Shown here: piece after piece, positions 27,331 to 40,449 of the stretch
Numbering within the stretch: position 1 is the first letter of the stretch
Layout: every line of letters starts with the position of its first letter
Origin: the human T2T-CHM13v2.0 reference genome, Homo sapiens
DNA: 64,000 nucleotides
Assembly: GCF_009914755.1 (NCBI RefSeq)
Contig: NC_060932.1
Reading direction: 5' to 3' (one strand)
Made by a program: the position numbers and the translations under genes
Notes under the pieces: model-generated
Told to the model about the DNA's origin: nothing
Seen by the model: the letters and a program-made list of their open reading frames with translations, nothing else
The model's database searches: none

Positions 27331-27611
27331 TTCGTTCGGCGGATGTTCTCCCTCCTGAGGGGAAGTTCTGTCCCGGGAGTAAGAGGAAGTACCGCTTCTT
27401 TACAAGCACGACTTGGCACGGAAGAACTTCCCGCTGCGCCTGCGCCTGTGCGTATGAGGTCGACCCGGACGAGATTCTTCGTCGCCTTGGCCCAAATCCC
27501 GAATGCTCTGAGGTGCCCTGACATAACTCTCGTTAGAATCGCGTGATCTGAAACAAGAGTTCCGCTGCTTCTCTCGAGTTTTCCCCTACTCAGACAGCTG
27601 CTTTTATTCAT
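27331..27611 (-). pseudogene. Frameshifted remnant of the DCAF4 N-terminal coding sequence
   Basis: Pieces in different frames: [54 protein letters not shown]; these match recalled DCAF4 MNKSRWQSR, NPWFRLRDS..DSGHGDDES, AGTSSVP, KKRYFRLLPGHN, PLTKESIR. Confidence 0.85.
27380..27460 (-). promoter_or_regulatory. Putative CpG-rich DCAF4L2 core promoter
   Basis: NRF1-like tgcgcctgcgcc (27435-27446), E2F-like ttcccgc (27428-27434), ETS-like cggaag (27419-27424) and aggaagt (27384-27390), in a CpG-rich region within AT-rich surroundings. Confidence 0.6.
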
Positions 27612-27659
27612 TTCTATTCCTGTTTAGAGATTCTTTTCCGACCCCTCTTACACACGTCA

Positions 27660-28094
<435 letters not shown>

Positions 28095-28225
28095 GTGTAT
28101 ATATATCCTTGCCAATTCTTGTTGGTCAGTTTACATTTTAGATATAAATAATTTATAATTGTTTTTGTCTTCCTGTTGAAAGATTGCCATTATTATTATA
28201 AAATATTCCTTTTTAACTTTTATTT

Positions 28226-28866
<641 letters not shown>

Positions 28867-28869
28867 CAA

Positions 28870-29960
28870 CTTTAATTTTTTTAAATCTGTGTTCTCTGAT
28901 ATTAAAGTATCCTTATCCTTAAACCCTTCTTGTCTAATATTTATATATGCAACCAAGATTTCTGGTTGATAGTGTTTGCTGTACCTTTTCTCACCTTTTA
29001 CTTTCAACTTAAATTTGTTCTATTATGTAAATGGGTTCATATAAACAATACATTGCTGGTAAGTTTTTATCCAGTATAATAATTTTTACCTTTGAATGTG
29101 AGTGTCTAGGCAATTTAATGTTTTAACTAACCCCTTTAAAAATTCTTGAACAGTCTTAGATTTACAGGGAAATTACAAAGATAGTATAGAGCCTTCCCAC
29201 ATACTCTGCACCCAGTTTCCATATTATTAACATTTTACGCTAGAATGATAAATACATTGCACTAATAAACCAATATTGATACTTTATTAACTGAAGTCCA
29301 TATTTTATTCATATTTCCTTAGTTTTTATCCAGTGGCCTGTTCCTGTTCAAGGATCCCATCCATGATATAATATTAATTATGTTCCCTTGTGCTTCTCTT
29401 GGCCATGACCTTTTCTTAGATTTTCCTTACTTTTTATATACATGACAGCATTGAGGCATATTGGTCACATATCTTATAGATGTCTCTCAATAGAGAGTTG
29501 TCTGATGTTTTTCCCATATTAACACTGGGATTTTATGTTTTTGGAAGAAGACAACAGAGGAAAATGCCATCCCATTAAGGGTGCAGACTATGGACATGAC
29601 TTATTGTCATTGATGTTAACTTTGGTCACCTGAATAAGGTAGTGTTTCTTGGGTTTCTCCACTGTATGCTGTAAACATCTCCCTCTCTTTTCATACTGTA
29701 CCCTTTGAAAGGAAGTAGCTTTGCATATCTATCACTTTAGGAGTAGGGATTTATGCTTTAGTTTCTTGAGGGCAGAACATGCACATCAATTATTAGGAAT
29801 TATTCTATAAGGGAGATTTTTCTAGGTGTGTCTTTATTAATCTATCCATTTATTTATATAGTATGGCCTCTTGAATATTTATTTTATACTTCATTTATTT
29901 ATTTGCTAAAATTGTTCCAGCTTTGGCTATTGAGAGCTCTTATGGCTCCTGTGATTGACT
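28870..29960 (-). mobile_element. Old L1M fragments (including an L1MC-type 3' end from about 29135)
   Basis: ttagatttacagggaaattacaaagatagtatagag...ctctgcacccagtttcc...ggatcccatcca. Confidence 0.65.
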
Positions 29961-30279
29961 GCCTATAGTTAACTGCATGGTTAGCTGTACTCTAAAAGCT
30001 TGAGACCACTTGACACCAGAGCCCTTATCTTAGACTTAAATATGTGATAAAAATTATAATCATTTTCTTACAGCTTTGATTTTGATGTACTGTATATTGC
30101 ATCATTCCAAAAAAATAGACTTTGGATGTGGAAATATTTGAAGAAGAAATTGAGATTTTTTTTTAATGATAACAATTTGTATTAATAATATCTGAGAACT
30201 ACCATATATTCTTAGGATTTGTAGAATCCCCAGGTAGGGTATCAAGAAGTAGAAGTAAAAGCCTTAACCATTAAATATA

Positions 30280-30446
30280 TTTTTTTCTTGTAAATTTTTT
30301 ATTTTTTTATTTCAATAGTTTTGGGGGAACAGGTGGTGTTTGGTTACATGAATAAGTTCTTTAGCGGTGATTTCTGGAATTTTGGTGCACCCATCATCTG
30401 AGCAGTGTACACTGTCCCCAGTGTATAGTCTTTTGTCCCTCGCCAC
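30280..30446 (-). mobile_element. L1PB 3' end fragment
   Basis: tttcaatagttttgggggaacaggtggtgtttggttacatgaataagttctttagcggtgatttc. Confidence 0.85.
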
Positions 30447-30544
30447 CTTTGATTTTGATTTACTATATATTTTGTCATTCCAAAAAATAGATTTTGGATG
30501 TGGAAATATTTGAAGAAGAAATGGAGATTTCTAAAAACCAAACA

Positions 30545-31070
30545 GACACACCCACATAACTTTTGGAATGGCAAAAAAAAAAAAATGGTGATAATATGGA
30601 GTAACGCAAACTCTCATTGCTGGTAAGGATATAAAATGGTACAGCCACCTTGGAAAACAGTTTGGCAGTTTCTTAGAAAACTAAACATATTCTCACCATA
30701 TGATCCAGCAATCATGCTCCTTCATATTTACCCAAAGGAATTGAAAATTTGTATTCACACAAAAACATCCACACGGATGTTTACAGCAACTTTATTCATA
30801 ATTGCCAAAACTTAGAAGCAAACAAGATGTCCTTCAGTAGATGGAAGGATAAATAACAGTAGTACATCCAGGCAATGGAATATTATTCAGCACTAAAAAT
30901 AAATGAGTTATGAAACCATGAAAAGACATGGAGAAAAGTTAAATGAATATTACCAAGTGAAAGAAGCCAATCTGAAAAGCCTAAATACTGTAAGATTCCA
31001 ACTACATGACATTCTGTAAATGGAGAAACTATGGAGGTAGTAAAAAGGTCAGTGATTGCTAGCAATTAGA
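30545..31070 (+). mobile_element. L1MC-type fragment
   Basis: ggtacagccaccttggaaaacagtttggcagtttc...catgaaaagacatggaga...gaaactatggag. Confidence 0.8.
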
Positions 31071-32078
31071 GGGCATATAAGAGAAAAGTATTTTTCTTAT
31101 CTTGGTATAAAGCACAAATATAAAATGTTTATAGGGTATGAGGAGACTAACAATATCTTCTGAAGAATTATGGACAGCAGAGTCATTAATATTTGAAAAT
31201 ATCATTGAGGAACATCAGAATCCCTTTATAAATTTTTTCTACTTAATACTGAAACCAGAAAAGCATAGATCTTTTAAAATCTAGATATTTACTTAATTAT
31301 GATGTTTATTTTTAATGAGGTGTTCTGAGTGTTAAAGGTGGTTTTAATTGTATTATCAGTCAGGCTGCAGGGAAAAAAAAACCTGGAACCTCACTTAATT
31401 TCTGCCAAAACACTGTCTTCAATTTTATAAGCTAATAATTTAGGAGAAGGGATGATAATCCTTATATGAAACAACACAGTTGCTTGAGTAGCCCGCCATT
31501 CATTTATCCTTGGCAAGACAAGGCAGGCTTCATAATCTTAAAAACTCATTTGAATGTACTGAATGAGCATCAAATTGCTTTAAGCGGGCTGTCCTGTTAC
31601 AGCATAGATATATGAGCTTTCAGCTGTGTCCTTTATCCTGAGATACAGTTTGAACTGTCTTTGAAGAAATGTCCTTTTCTAATAAAACTTAAGTCCAAAC
31701 TTACATTTCATTGTTCTCTTTCTCACATAATGTACTTTCTTTTAATATAATTCTAGCAGATGGATAGCATTTTTGTTATATTAATATCAATGAGTATGTT
31801 CATATAAACACATAAATAAAAATTTATAAGCATACACCTAAAGCCCAAAAGAAGAAAGGTAATTCATAAGATAAATATAAAATCCTGTGTGAGTGACTGC
31901 CTTCATTTAGCCAAAAAACATAACATGAAGAGTTGAATATATCGAAAGCTTAGATTGAGATTATATTTTGGCAGCATTAAATATATGCACCAGAATGTAC
32001 ACATTTTGTATATTGACTAAATAACCCTTGAATATTTTACTCAATCTAGAATTCTTTTTCTCATCTTGAGTATACTAA

Positions 32079-32662
<584 letters not shown>

Positions 32663-33110
32663 CATGCAAACATAACATTGCAAATATTATACCTAAAAGC
32701 AGTCATATTTATAAAAACATTACTATGCTTTTATATGAACTGTTACAATTTCTGCTCTAAAGCATACCCTTTTTGAAGCAAATAAAAATAGTTGGTTTTT
32801 TTTTTTTTTTACAATAATGAACCTAAGGTACAAACTAATTCACTGGCATTTCATAATGGATTAGTAGATTGTTACCTATGAAGCTTCATGTGTTTTTGAT
32901 GTAATTCTTCACCCACTGACTTCTCATATTAACCAAATAGCTTACTCCAAATGAAAAGGTCACCTCTCTTGGGGATTTATTAAATTCCATGTGGGAACTT
33001 GGAAATGCCCCAACTCTGGTTTTGCCAGATAATCTCTTTAGTAAATCTTACATCCTATTTGCTAAAATAACATGCTTTCTTTGGTGAAACAGGGAAATGA
33101 AAAGGCTGTA

Positions 33111-33994
33111 TTTTTTTTAATTTTATTTATTTTTTATTATTATTATACTTTAAGTTTTAGGGTACATGTGCACAATGTGCAGGTTAGTTACATATGTGTA
33201 CATGTGCCATGCTGGTGTGCTGCACCCAGTAACTCATCATTTAGCATTAGGTATATCTCCTAATGCTATCCCTCCCCCCTCCCCCCACCCCACAACAGTC
33301 CCCAGAGTGTGATGTTCCGCTTCCTATGTCCATGTGTTCTCATTGTTCAATTCCCATCTATGAGTCAGAACATGTGGTGTTTGGTTTTTTGTCCTTGCAA
33401 TAGTTTACTGAGAAGGATGATTTCCAATTTCATCCATGTCCCTACAAAGGACATGAACTCATCATTTTTTATGGCTGCCTAGTATTCCATGGTGTATATG
33501 TGCCACATTTTCTTAATCCAGTCTATCATTGTTGGACATTTGGATTGTTTCCAAGACTTTGCTATTGTGAATAGTGCTGCAATAAACATACGTGTGCATG
33601 TGTCTTTATAGCAGCATGATTTATAGTCCTTTGGGTATATACCCAGTAATTGGATGGCTGGGTCAAATGGTATTTCTAGTTCTAGATCCCTGAGGAATCG
33701 CCACACTGACTTCCACAATGGTTGAACTAGTTTACGGTCCCACCAACAGTGTAAAAGTGTTCCTATTTCTCCACATCCTCTCCAGCACCTGTTGTTTCCT
33801 GACTTTTTAATGATTGCCATTCTAACTGGTGTGAGATGGTATCTCATCATGGTTTTGATTTGCATTTCTCTGATGGCCAGTGATGATGAGCATTTTTTCA
33901 TGTGTCTTTTGGCTGCATAAATGTCTTCTTTTGAGAAGTGTCTGTTCATATCCTTTGCCCACTTTTTGATGGGGTTGTTTGTTTTTTTCTTGTA
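33111..33994 (-). mobile_element. Young L1PA (L1PA3-like) 3' end, about 0.9 kb
   Basis: ttatactttaagttttagggtacatgtgcacaatgtgcagg; ORF track 33479-34021 gives the ORF2 C-terminus ([17 protein letters not shown]...[16 protein letters not shown]). Confidence 0.93.
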
Positions 33995-34989
33995 TATTTT
34001 TAATAGAAATATTAAACTCAATTAAAGTAGGTATTTTTAAGTCCTAGTTCTAACAGTCTCTTGCATGTGCACACACTCACAGATACATGAAAACTTATAC
34101 TCCATACATAAGCCTGTCAAATTAAATTTAAAAAATCTCACCTATAATTGATAATGATTTCATAATATTGAGACATTTTTATTTTAGAGTAATTCTTCCT
34201 CCTATATCTCTGACAAAGCACCAGACTTTTAAAAGTCTTCATAATTTAGTCTGGGAAAGATATAAGATATTGTATTTTTATTCAAGTATTAACTCAGTGG
34301 CTTTGCCTTCAACTTTATTTCTGTTTTCTGTATAATCAAAGTTGACACATACTGTGTTTTAAAAAATACCCCTTTCCCCCGAAAATATTTTTCTGGTTTC
34401 TTTTTTTTTATTCTTTTAATATTAAATTTCATATTATATAGGTTGTATTTAAAATAAGGCTTAGATAAAATTCAGATATCTAGAGGAAAAGTGTCACTCT
34501 TTCTACCAGTCAAAACTCAGAAGTTTTTAGTTCGATATTCTTCAGTACTCACTTGTTGTTTTAATCATAAGACACAGAGTTGGCTCCTTATATCTGTGAC
34601 TGTAATGTGTTATTCTCTTCTGATAGGCCAGTTGTTCTCAACCTTTCTTTTTTGTCTCAGTATACATATACACAGTCTCAGCAAAAAGTATGACTCATCA
34701 CAGCAATGATTCTCAACAGAAAACACATGTGATTCTTGCTCCAACAATATGTTGCCTTATATCCCCAAATATACACTCTGTAATAAAATTTATATATGTA
34801 TGGGGTTTTCTTTGAGGGCAGATGCTGTGACGATCAATATTTTAACTTTTGTATCTTGCTTATAAAATTAGTTGAGAAATATCTGTCCAAGGAAATTAAA
34901 GCTTTGTAGAAGCAAAAATACTCGTGGAAATCAATAAAAATCAGGGAGGATATCTTTTAGTGTAATGTCTTAAGGCTTTCATGATGTTG

Positions 34990-35190
34990 TCTGACAAGCC
35001 TGGGTTTAAACCCCTCATCTATCTTTTACTGATTTTACTGATTTTACTACTGAATATGTTATTTAAATAATTTAATACTCATTTCTCCAATCTGTAAAAG
35101 GTAAACAATAAAAATAATATCTACCTTTTAGAGTTGTTTTAAGGAGTAAATAATAATGTAGACATGGTTCTTGGCAAATGGTAAGTGCTA
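34990..35190 (+). mobile_element. MIR
   Basis: cctgggtttaaacccc...ctcatttctccaatctgtaaaaggtaaacaata...agagttgttttaagg. Confidence 0.65.
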
Positions 35191-35299
35191 CAGTGATGAA
35201 GACGAGCACAAAAGGGAGGAGAAAGATGGAATGTAAAGAGAGATTTTTTAAAAACAGAATATATTTCAGGCAAAACTATTTTTTAAAAAAGAACATATT

Positions 35300-35535
35300 T
35301 CAGGCAAAACTAACCTACATTGTCATAACTCAGGATACAGGCTACCCTGAGAGTGAATGTAGTGACAGAGTAGTGCATAAGGTGGAACTTTAGAGGTTTA
35401 GAAATATTTTATTTCTTGATCCAAGTGCTAGTTATGTAGGTTTCTTCAATTTTCAAAAATTCACCAAGCTGTATAATTATTATTTGAGCACTTTTTATAT
35501 GTAAGCTGTACTTCAATAAAAATATTATTTAAAAA
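35300..35535 (+). mobile_element. L1ME-type 3' end fragment
   Basis: tttatttcttgatccaagtg...aaaattcaccaagctgta...tacttcaataaaa. Confidence 0.6.
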
Positions 35536-37472
35536 ATGTTCCTGATACTCCCACCATCAACTGCTCTGTGCCTTACACATAATATTTACTGTACTCAATT
35601 AACACTTTTGCAAAGCACTGCTCACCATTCTTTAGGCTTTTTAAATTATCTTGTATTTTTAAAAAAACAGATTGTTTTCATGATTCATTTTCTCAGACCC
35701 TGCCTTTTGAATTTTTTTCCTCTAATTTTTTCATTACCAACTTAACAGCATCCTTTATCATCAAAAATGCACTGAAGAGTTATGAAACAGATTGATGTCC
35801 ATCAAGGGGTTTACTTTTTAAAAAATCAGGCATTTTGATGAATAGAATCATAATTATTTAAGATAGAGCTGTCAGCAGGTGAATAAATAATATAAGTGGG
35901 GTCATAATAGCCTCATGTTTTAAAATTAAATGACATTGCTCAATGATTTGAGTTCAAAAATAATTTAAATAAAAAATATTTTGTTATGTTCAATTGCTGA
36001 TTCTTCCTGAAATAAATTTCAAATCCCCCCTTGCTACATGTTTAGTTCAGAAAATTCAATTGTATGCCAAATTATGCAAAAATGTACATCTCCCACACTT
36101 AACCCATCTAAAACTCTGCTGGTGTTGTGTTGTACAAGCATGTGCACAACTGACCATTATTTGCTTTTCATTAGCCTCATACTTCAGTAAGGGAAAGATC
36201 AACACACAAAAATATCTCATTCTACATTATTGGAGTCAACAAATAGATGAGTAGGATAAACCAGACCTCCTGCCTTCTCCTCACTTCCTTTCTCTCCCAC
36301 ATCACTCCTCAACACACACAGGCACTCCCAAAAGAACAAGCACAAAAGGACAATTATCACATTTTAATTCCACATTCCTCCTCATTTTTGCATATAGATC
36401 TACACATATAAAAGGGTCTGCATGCCCACATGCCATATGCTAAGCAATCCTGGCTTGCAGAGACTGTGGAGTGCTTGGTGGAATTCATAGATGTGCATTT
36501 ATTTAAACTTTGCAGGCTCGCATGGCTCTACAAAGTTCCTTCAGCTGCCCTTGCATTATCATTGCAATAAAAATTTCACTCCCATTCTTTGATATATTTT
36601 ACAACTCAGTTGCATCCTCAACCTCTTCTGATGTTTTGAGAAACATAATTTGGATATTAAGCAGTTATCTCTGTAATCCCAACTCCAAACTGTTGTCTTC
36701 TTATCTATTTCTCTGAGCAGTTCCATCCTCAGGCTCAAGTACAAATTTATTCTGGTTTAGTGATATTATCCTCCCATCATCAAGCCATCTCACATCCTCT
36801 GCACCATCTGTTTGTGGTATGTCTTCACTACAGCATTTTCTACTAGGAGGAAAGTATTTAACTGGAGTTATTTCTTTCCTTGATAAGCACATTATTATAA
36901 CTTCAAGAGACCTTGAGATTACTGTATGTCATATGTTCAGGAATATTAATATTTTTAAATGCTTCAGTGTTATTATGGTAAAACAAGGGATCATCTACCC
37001 TTTTGTTCTAGATATACATGTTTTGGCTTGTAGGCATTAACAGTATGAGTTCTGATTAAAATTCATTTTCCTGTTCTTTCCAACAGCTTAATAATTGTAC
37101 ATAGTCCTATAAGTGGTTGATACCATCATACTGCTGTTTCTAACTATTTCTGAGAGGAGAAAAAAACTAGATTTGATTTAGTAAACGTTGATGAAGAAAT
37201 AAGGCCAATATGAAGACCATATTATAGTTTCTGTGTTAAAAATTAAGGGTAGTCCCATTCATTTAACAGTATCTCAGTTGTCCCTATAGTTCACTCAGGT
37301 GAATATACTTTGCCAAATAATAGCCAGTTGTTTTATTTGTTAGGGAATTCTCCCATTTCATTGTACTTCATCCTAAACTTTTTCCCTCTACCCAAACCTT
37401 TTTCCCTCTACCCATAAGAAGGTGGTGGGGTTTCTCATTAGCAGGCAATACCCATGACTCCCTTGTAATTTT

Positions 37473-37473
37473 A

Positions 37474-37511
<38 letters not shown>
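37473..37511. repeat. (CA)n microsatellite
   Basis: Seen directly. Confidence 0.95.
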
Positions 37512-37514
<3 letters not shown>

Positions 37515-37595
37515 TTTAAATGGTTATTCTCAATGTAAACTATTAGATAATTTATGAAATTAATAGATATTTACTATATGTGTGAATTAGGGCCT

Positions 37596-37752
37596 CATGC
37601 TGGTAAATGTTTAAACCACTGGCTCTTAGGGGAGGAAGAAGAAAAAAACTGATTTGGCGCCTGTTAGGATTTTCATGGAGTAAATACTCCCACGATGTCC
37701 TAACAACATCACTAACATCATTGAATTGTGCAGTTGGGATGTTGTCTACAGA
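37596..37752 (-). mobile_element. MER63-like hAT fragment
   Basis: tgctggtaaatgtttaaaccactggctct...catggagtaaatactcccac; reverse of the element at 18771-18946. Confidence 0.6.
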
Positions 37753-37944
37753 GGACACGTTCTGGGGCAGAAAGTATAGAAAGAAAGGTGGAGTGCACAT
37801 CTGGAGGGCAAAGACACCTGGCCTATATATGAAACAATGAATTTTATAAGAGTTAAAGAGATTTAGTAGTTTAGAAGTTTTTGTGTTGAAACGTGATTTT
37901 GTTTAAAAATATTCATATTTGATTACTATGATCCAAACATACAT

Positions 37945-38272
<328 letters not shown>

Positions 38273-39848
38273 TCAGTCTTGTATGCATTCTAAGGTCTTT
38301 CCTGTTGAGTCATATACAATTTTTGAATATATAAGGAATTTAAATAATTTAGTCATTTTTGTATGGCATTTGACAAGTGTGATCTAAGGTTAAAAAAGCA
38401 TTTAAATTAATATTTCTATTTAAATTATATTTTTTAATTAATATGTAAAATTTGTAGTGTATGAGAAATTTTAAAATAGCTCATTTTGCAAATGGTGAAC
38501 ACTATTTTAATTTTTAGTTAATTTTGCAAAAGTAAACATGACTTGTTGATAACATAAAATTTGTATATTTTTTAGTTTAAAATATAAACTGTTTGATTTT
38601 ATAATTTTTGTGATTTGATTCTAAATGAGCTGATGTAGAAGGTTCCAATCAGCCATTTACAATCACTTTCCCAAAACACTCTCATAAAGTTATAAATATT
38701 CTTTATTTCAATATGAAAATCAAAACTATATATAATTGTTACTAAACTTTTTCTTAGTATTGGCGTCTGAAATACCAGACATTTTGATATGTCAATCAAT
38801 AGTTTTGATCAGAGGTGTATCAATTATGCTCCTGATAAAGAGAATTTTATTTGTGAAATACTTAATATATTTTCATTTCTATGTTTACTCTTAACTTAGT
38901 TTTTTAACACCAGTTTGATGGCAAAGGTGGATGTTTCAGTGGACCTAAAGGCAGTGTCTGCTTCTTTTGTCCTTATTATAACTTGTCACTTCAAAATCCA
39001 GGATAAATGAACAGTTTTATATACTTTATGTCATAGAATAATGTTCTACTTAACATCAAAGAATCTGAATTAAAAGTTAAAAAACACATATATTCTAATC
39101 ATAAAGTAGCACATGCACAATTATTAGAAAATAATATTAAAAACAGAAAAGTAGAAACATTTAAGTAAATTTATTAAAAGATAAATAGTAATCTCACCAT
39201 GAACATAAACATTTTAATATATAGTTGTTCAGTAATTCTATATTTATATACTCACATGCACATAGTTAAGTACTTCCTTTTTAAAAACATTGTTTTATGG
39301 TGTACACTGTTTTGTAGCCTCCAGCCCTATACTGTGACTATTTTACAATGGTATAAGGAATTCTTCCATAACGTAGGTTTCATTTTATATATGGTTGCCC
39401 GTTGCATGAGTAAACTATAATTTTCTTAAATAATTTCTTTTGTATTCATGAAGTAGGTAGTTTCTATTTCCTTATTTTTAGAAAAACACAGCTAATAACT
39501 ATTTCTGTCTTTGTCCATTTCTGCACTGATGTCTTTGGGAAAGTATCTAGAGTATGTGTCACACACATTTTAAGACTTTTGATACATAAAACAAATTCAC
39601 CTGTTAAAAATTATGCCAAACTATACTAACACCAGCAGTATCTGAGAGTTCTTGTTCCTCTGTGGGCCTTACTATTTCATCTATTTCATCTTTGTCAGTT
39701 GTATCATAGCAACTTTAGATTATTTTCTGTGTATCGATTTTTTGCGTAAGATGAAAATAGCATGGAATCATATAGCAGAGGACAAAAATTATTTCCTCTA
39801 CATATACTCTTAGTAACTCTTTATGCACTCTTTATCATTAAAAGGATA

Positions 39849-39934
39849 AAGGATCAATTTTACCACTTTTTACCACAGTAAGTAAGGATCAAGTTTACCA
39901 CATACTTTACCACAGTAAGTAAGGATCAAGTTTA
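39849..39934 (+). repeat. Short tandem duplication (period 37)
   Basis: tttaccacagtaagtaaggatcaagttta at 39869-39897 and 39906-39934, plus a partial copy at 39849-39866. Confidence 0.9.
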
Positions 39935-39944
39935 ACATTATTTG

Positions 39945-40449
39945 ACGGGTGACAACTCTACAAAGTTCCCTCTCATTGCTGCACATCTTGCCACCCTTTT
40001 GTTCTGGACTATCTTTTCAAAGACATTTGTATAGGAAACAACAATTAGTTAGAGATAAGGTCTCTCTCTGAGGAACACGGAACACTTGGTAGCTATCCAA
40101 AATAATAAAGATATGTTTTCTTTTGTGGCAAAGGTTATGTAAGTTAGCTAGCATCCATTTTAAAAGAATGGGGTTTCCTAACCTGGAGTTTCCTCAGCTG
40201 TGACACAAACCCACTTGCAATGCACAGCATCCTCCTGGCCCTCCTTCATGTTGTCCCTATGGGGCATGGGTGTCAAGGGGAACCAATGCAAACATGAAGT
40301 TTATGGTGTCTGCTCTGCTGTGAACAATAAAGTCTTTTGTCTCTGTTCCAAGAGTCTTGTATTTCCTGTCAACATCTATGAAACTGTGGCAGGCTAACTT
40401 GGTAGCTTGCAATTAGGGTAAAATCTCAGGCTTTTTAGAGATCTTGACA
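39945..40449 (+). mobile_element. ERVL-type LTR (MER77/MER68/MER21 group; subfamily uncertain)
   Basis: aataaagtcttttgtctctg...ggcaggctaacttggtagcttgcaattagggtaaaatctcag...cttgaca. Confidence 0.6.

Larger units (their letters stand above)
25292..27647 (-). other. DCAF4L2: Extent of the DCAF4-derived retrocopy (decayed poly(A) tail 25292-25321, 3'UTR, CDS, former N-terminal CDS and 5'UTR)
   Basis: Intronless ORF; T-rich tail remnant; flanking ttacacgt / ttacacacgt; host L1 continues on both sides. Confidence 0.75.

Noticed and set aside
26680-27546. Plus-strand ORFs antisense to DCAF4L2
   Set aside because: Short shadows of GC-rich coding DNA with non-ATG or unsupported starts.
27331-27647. 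Hypothesis that the upstream CpG region is a captured parental CpG-island promoter
   Set aside because: Its translation matches the recalled DCAF4 N-terminal protein up to the ancestral ATG, leaving only about 35 nt of parental 5'UTR.
27654-27659. CRE-like ACGTCA near the retrogene 5' boundary (possible CREM site)
   Set aside because: A single 6-mer; transcription from here would include the repressive upstream ATGs; insufficient support.
33479-34021. 180-aa ORF
   Set aside because: It is the C-terminus of L1 ORF2 in a 5'-truncated L1PA; it has no promoter or genuine start, so it is not a gene.
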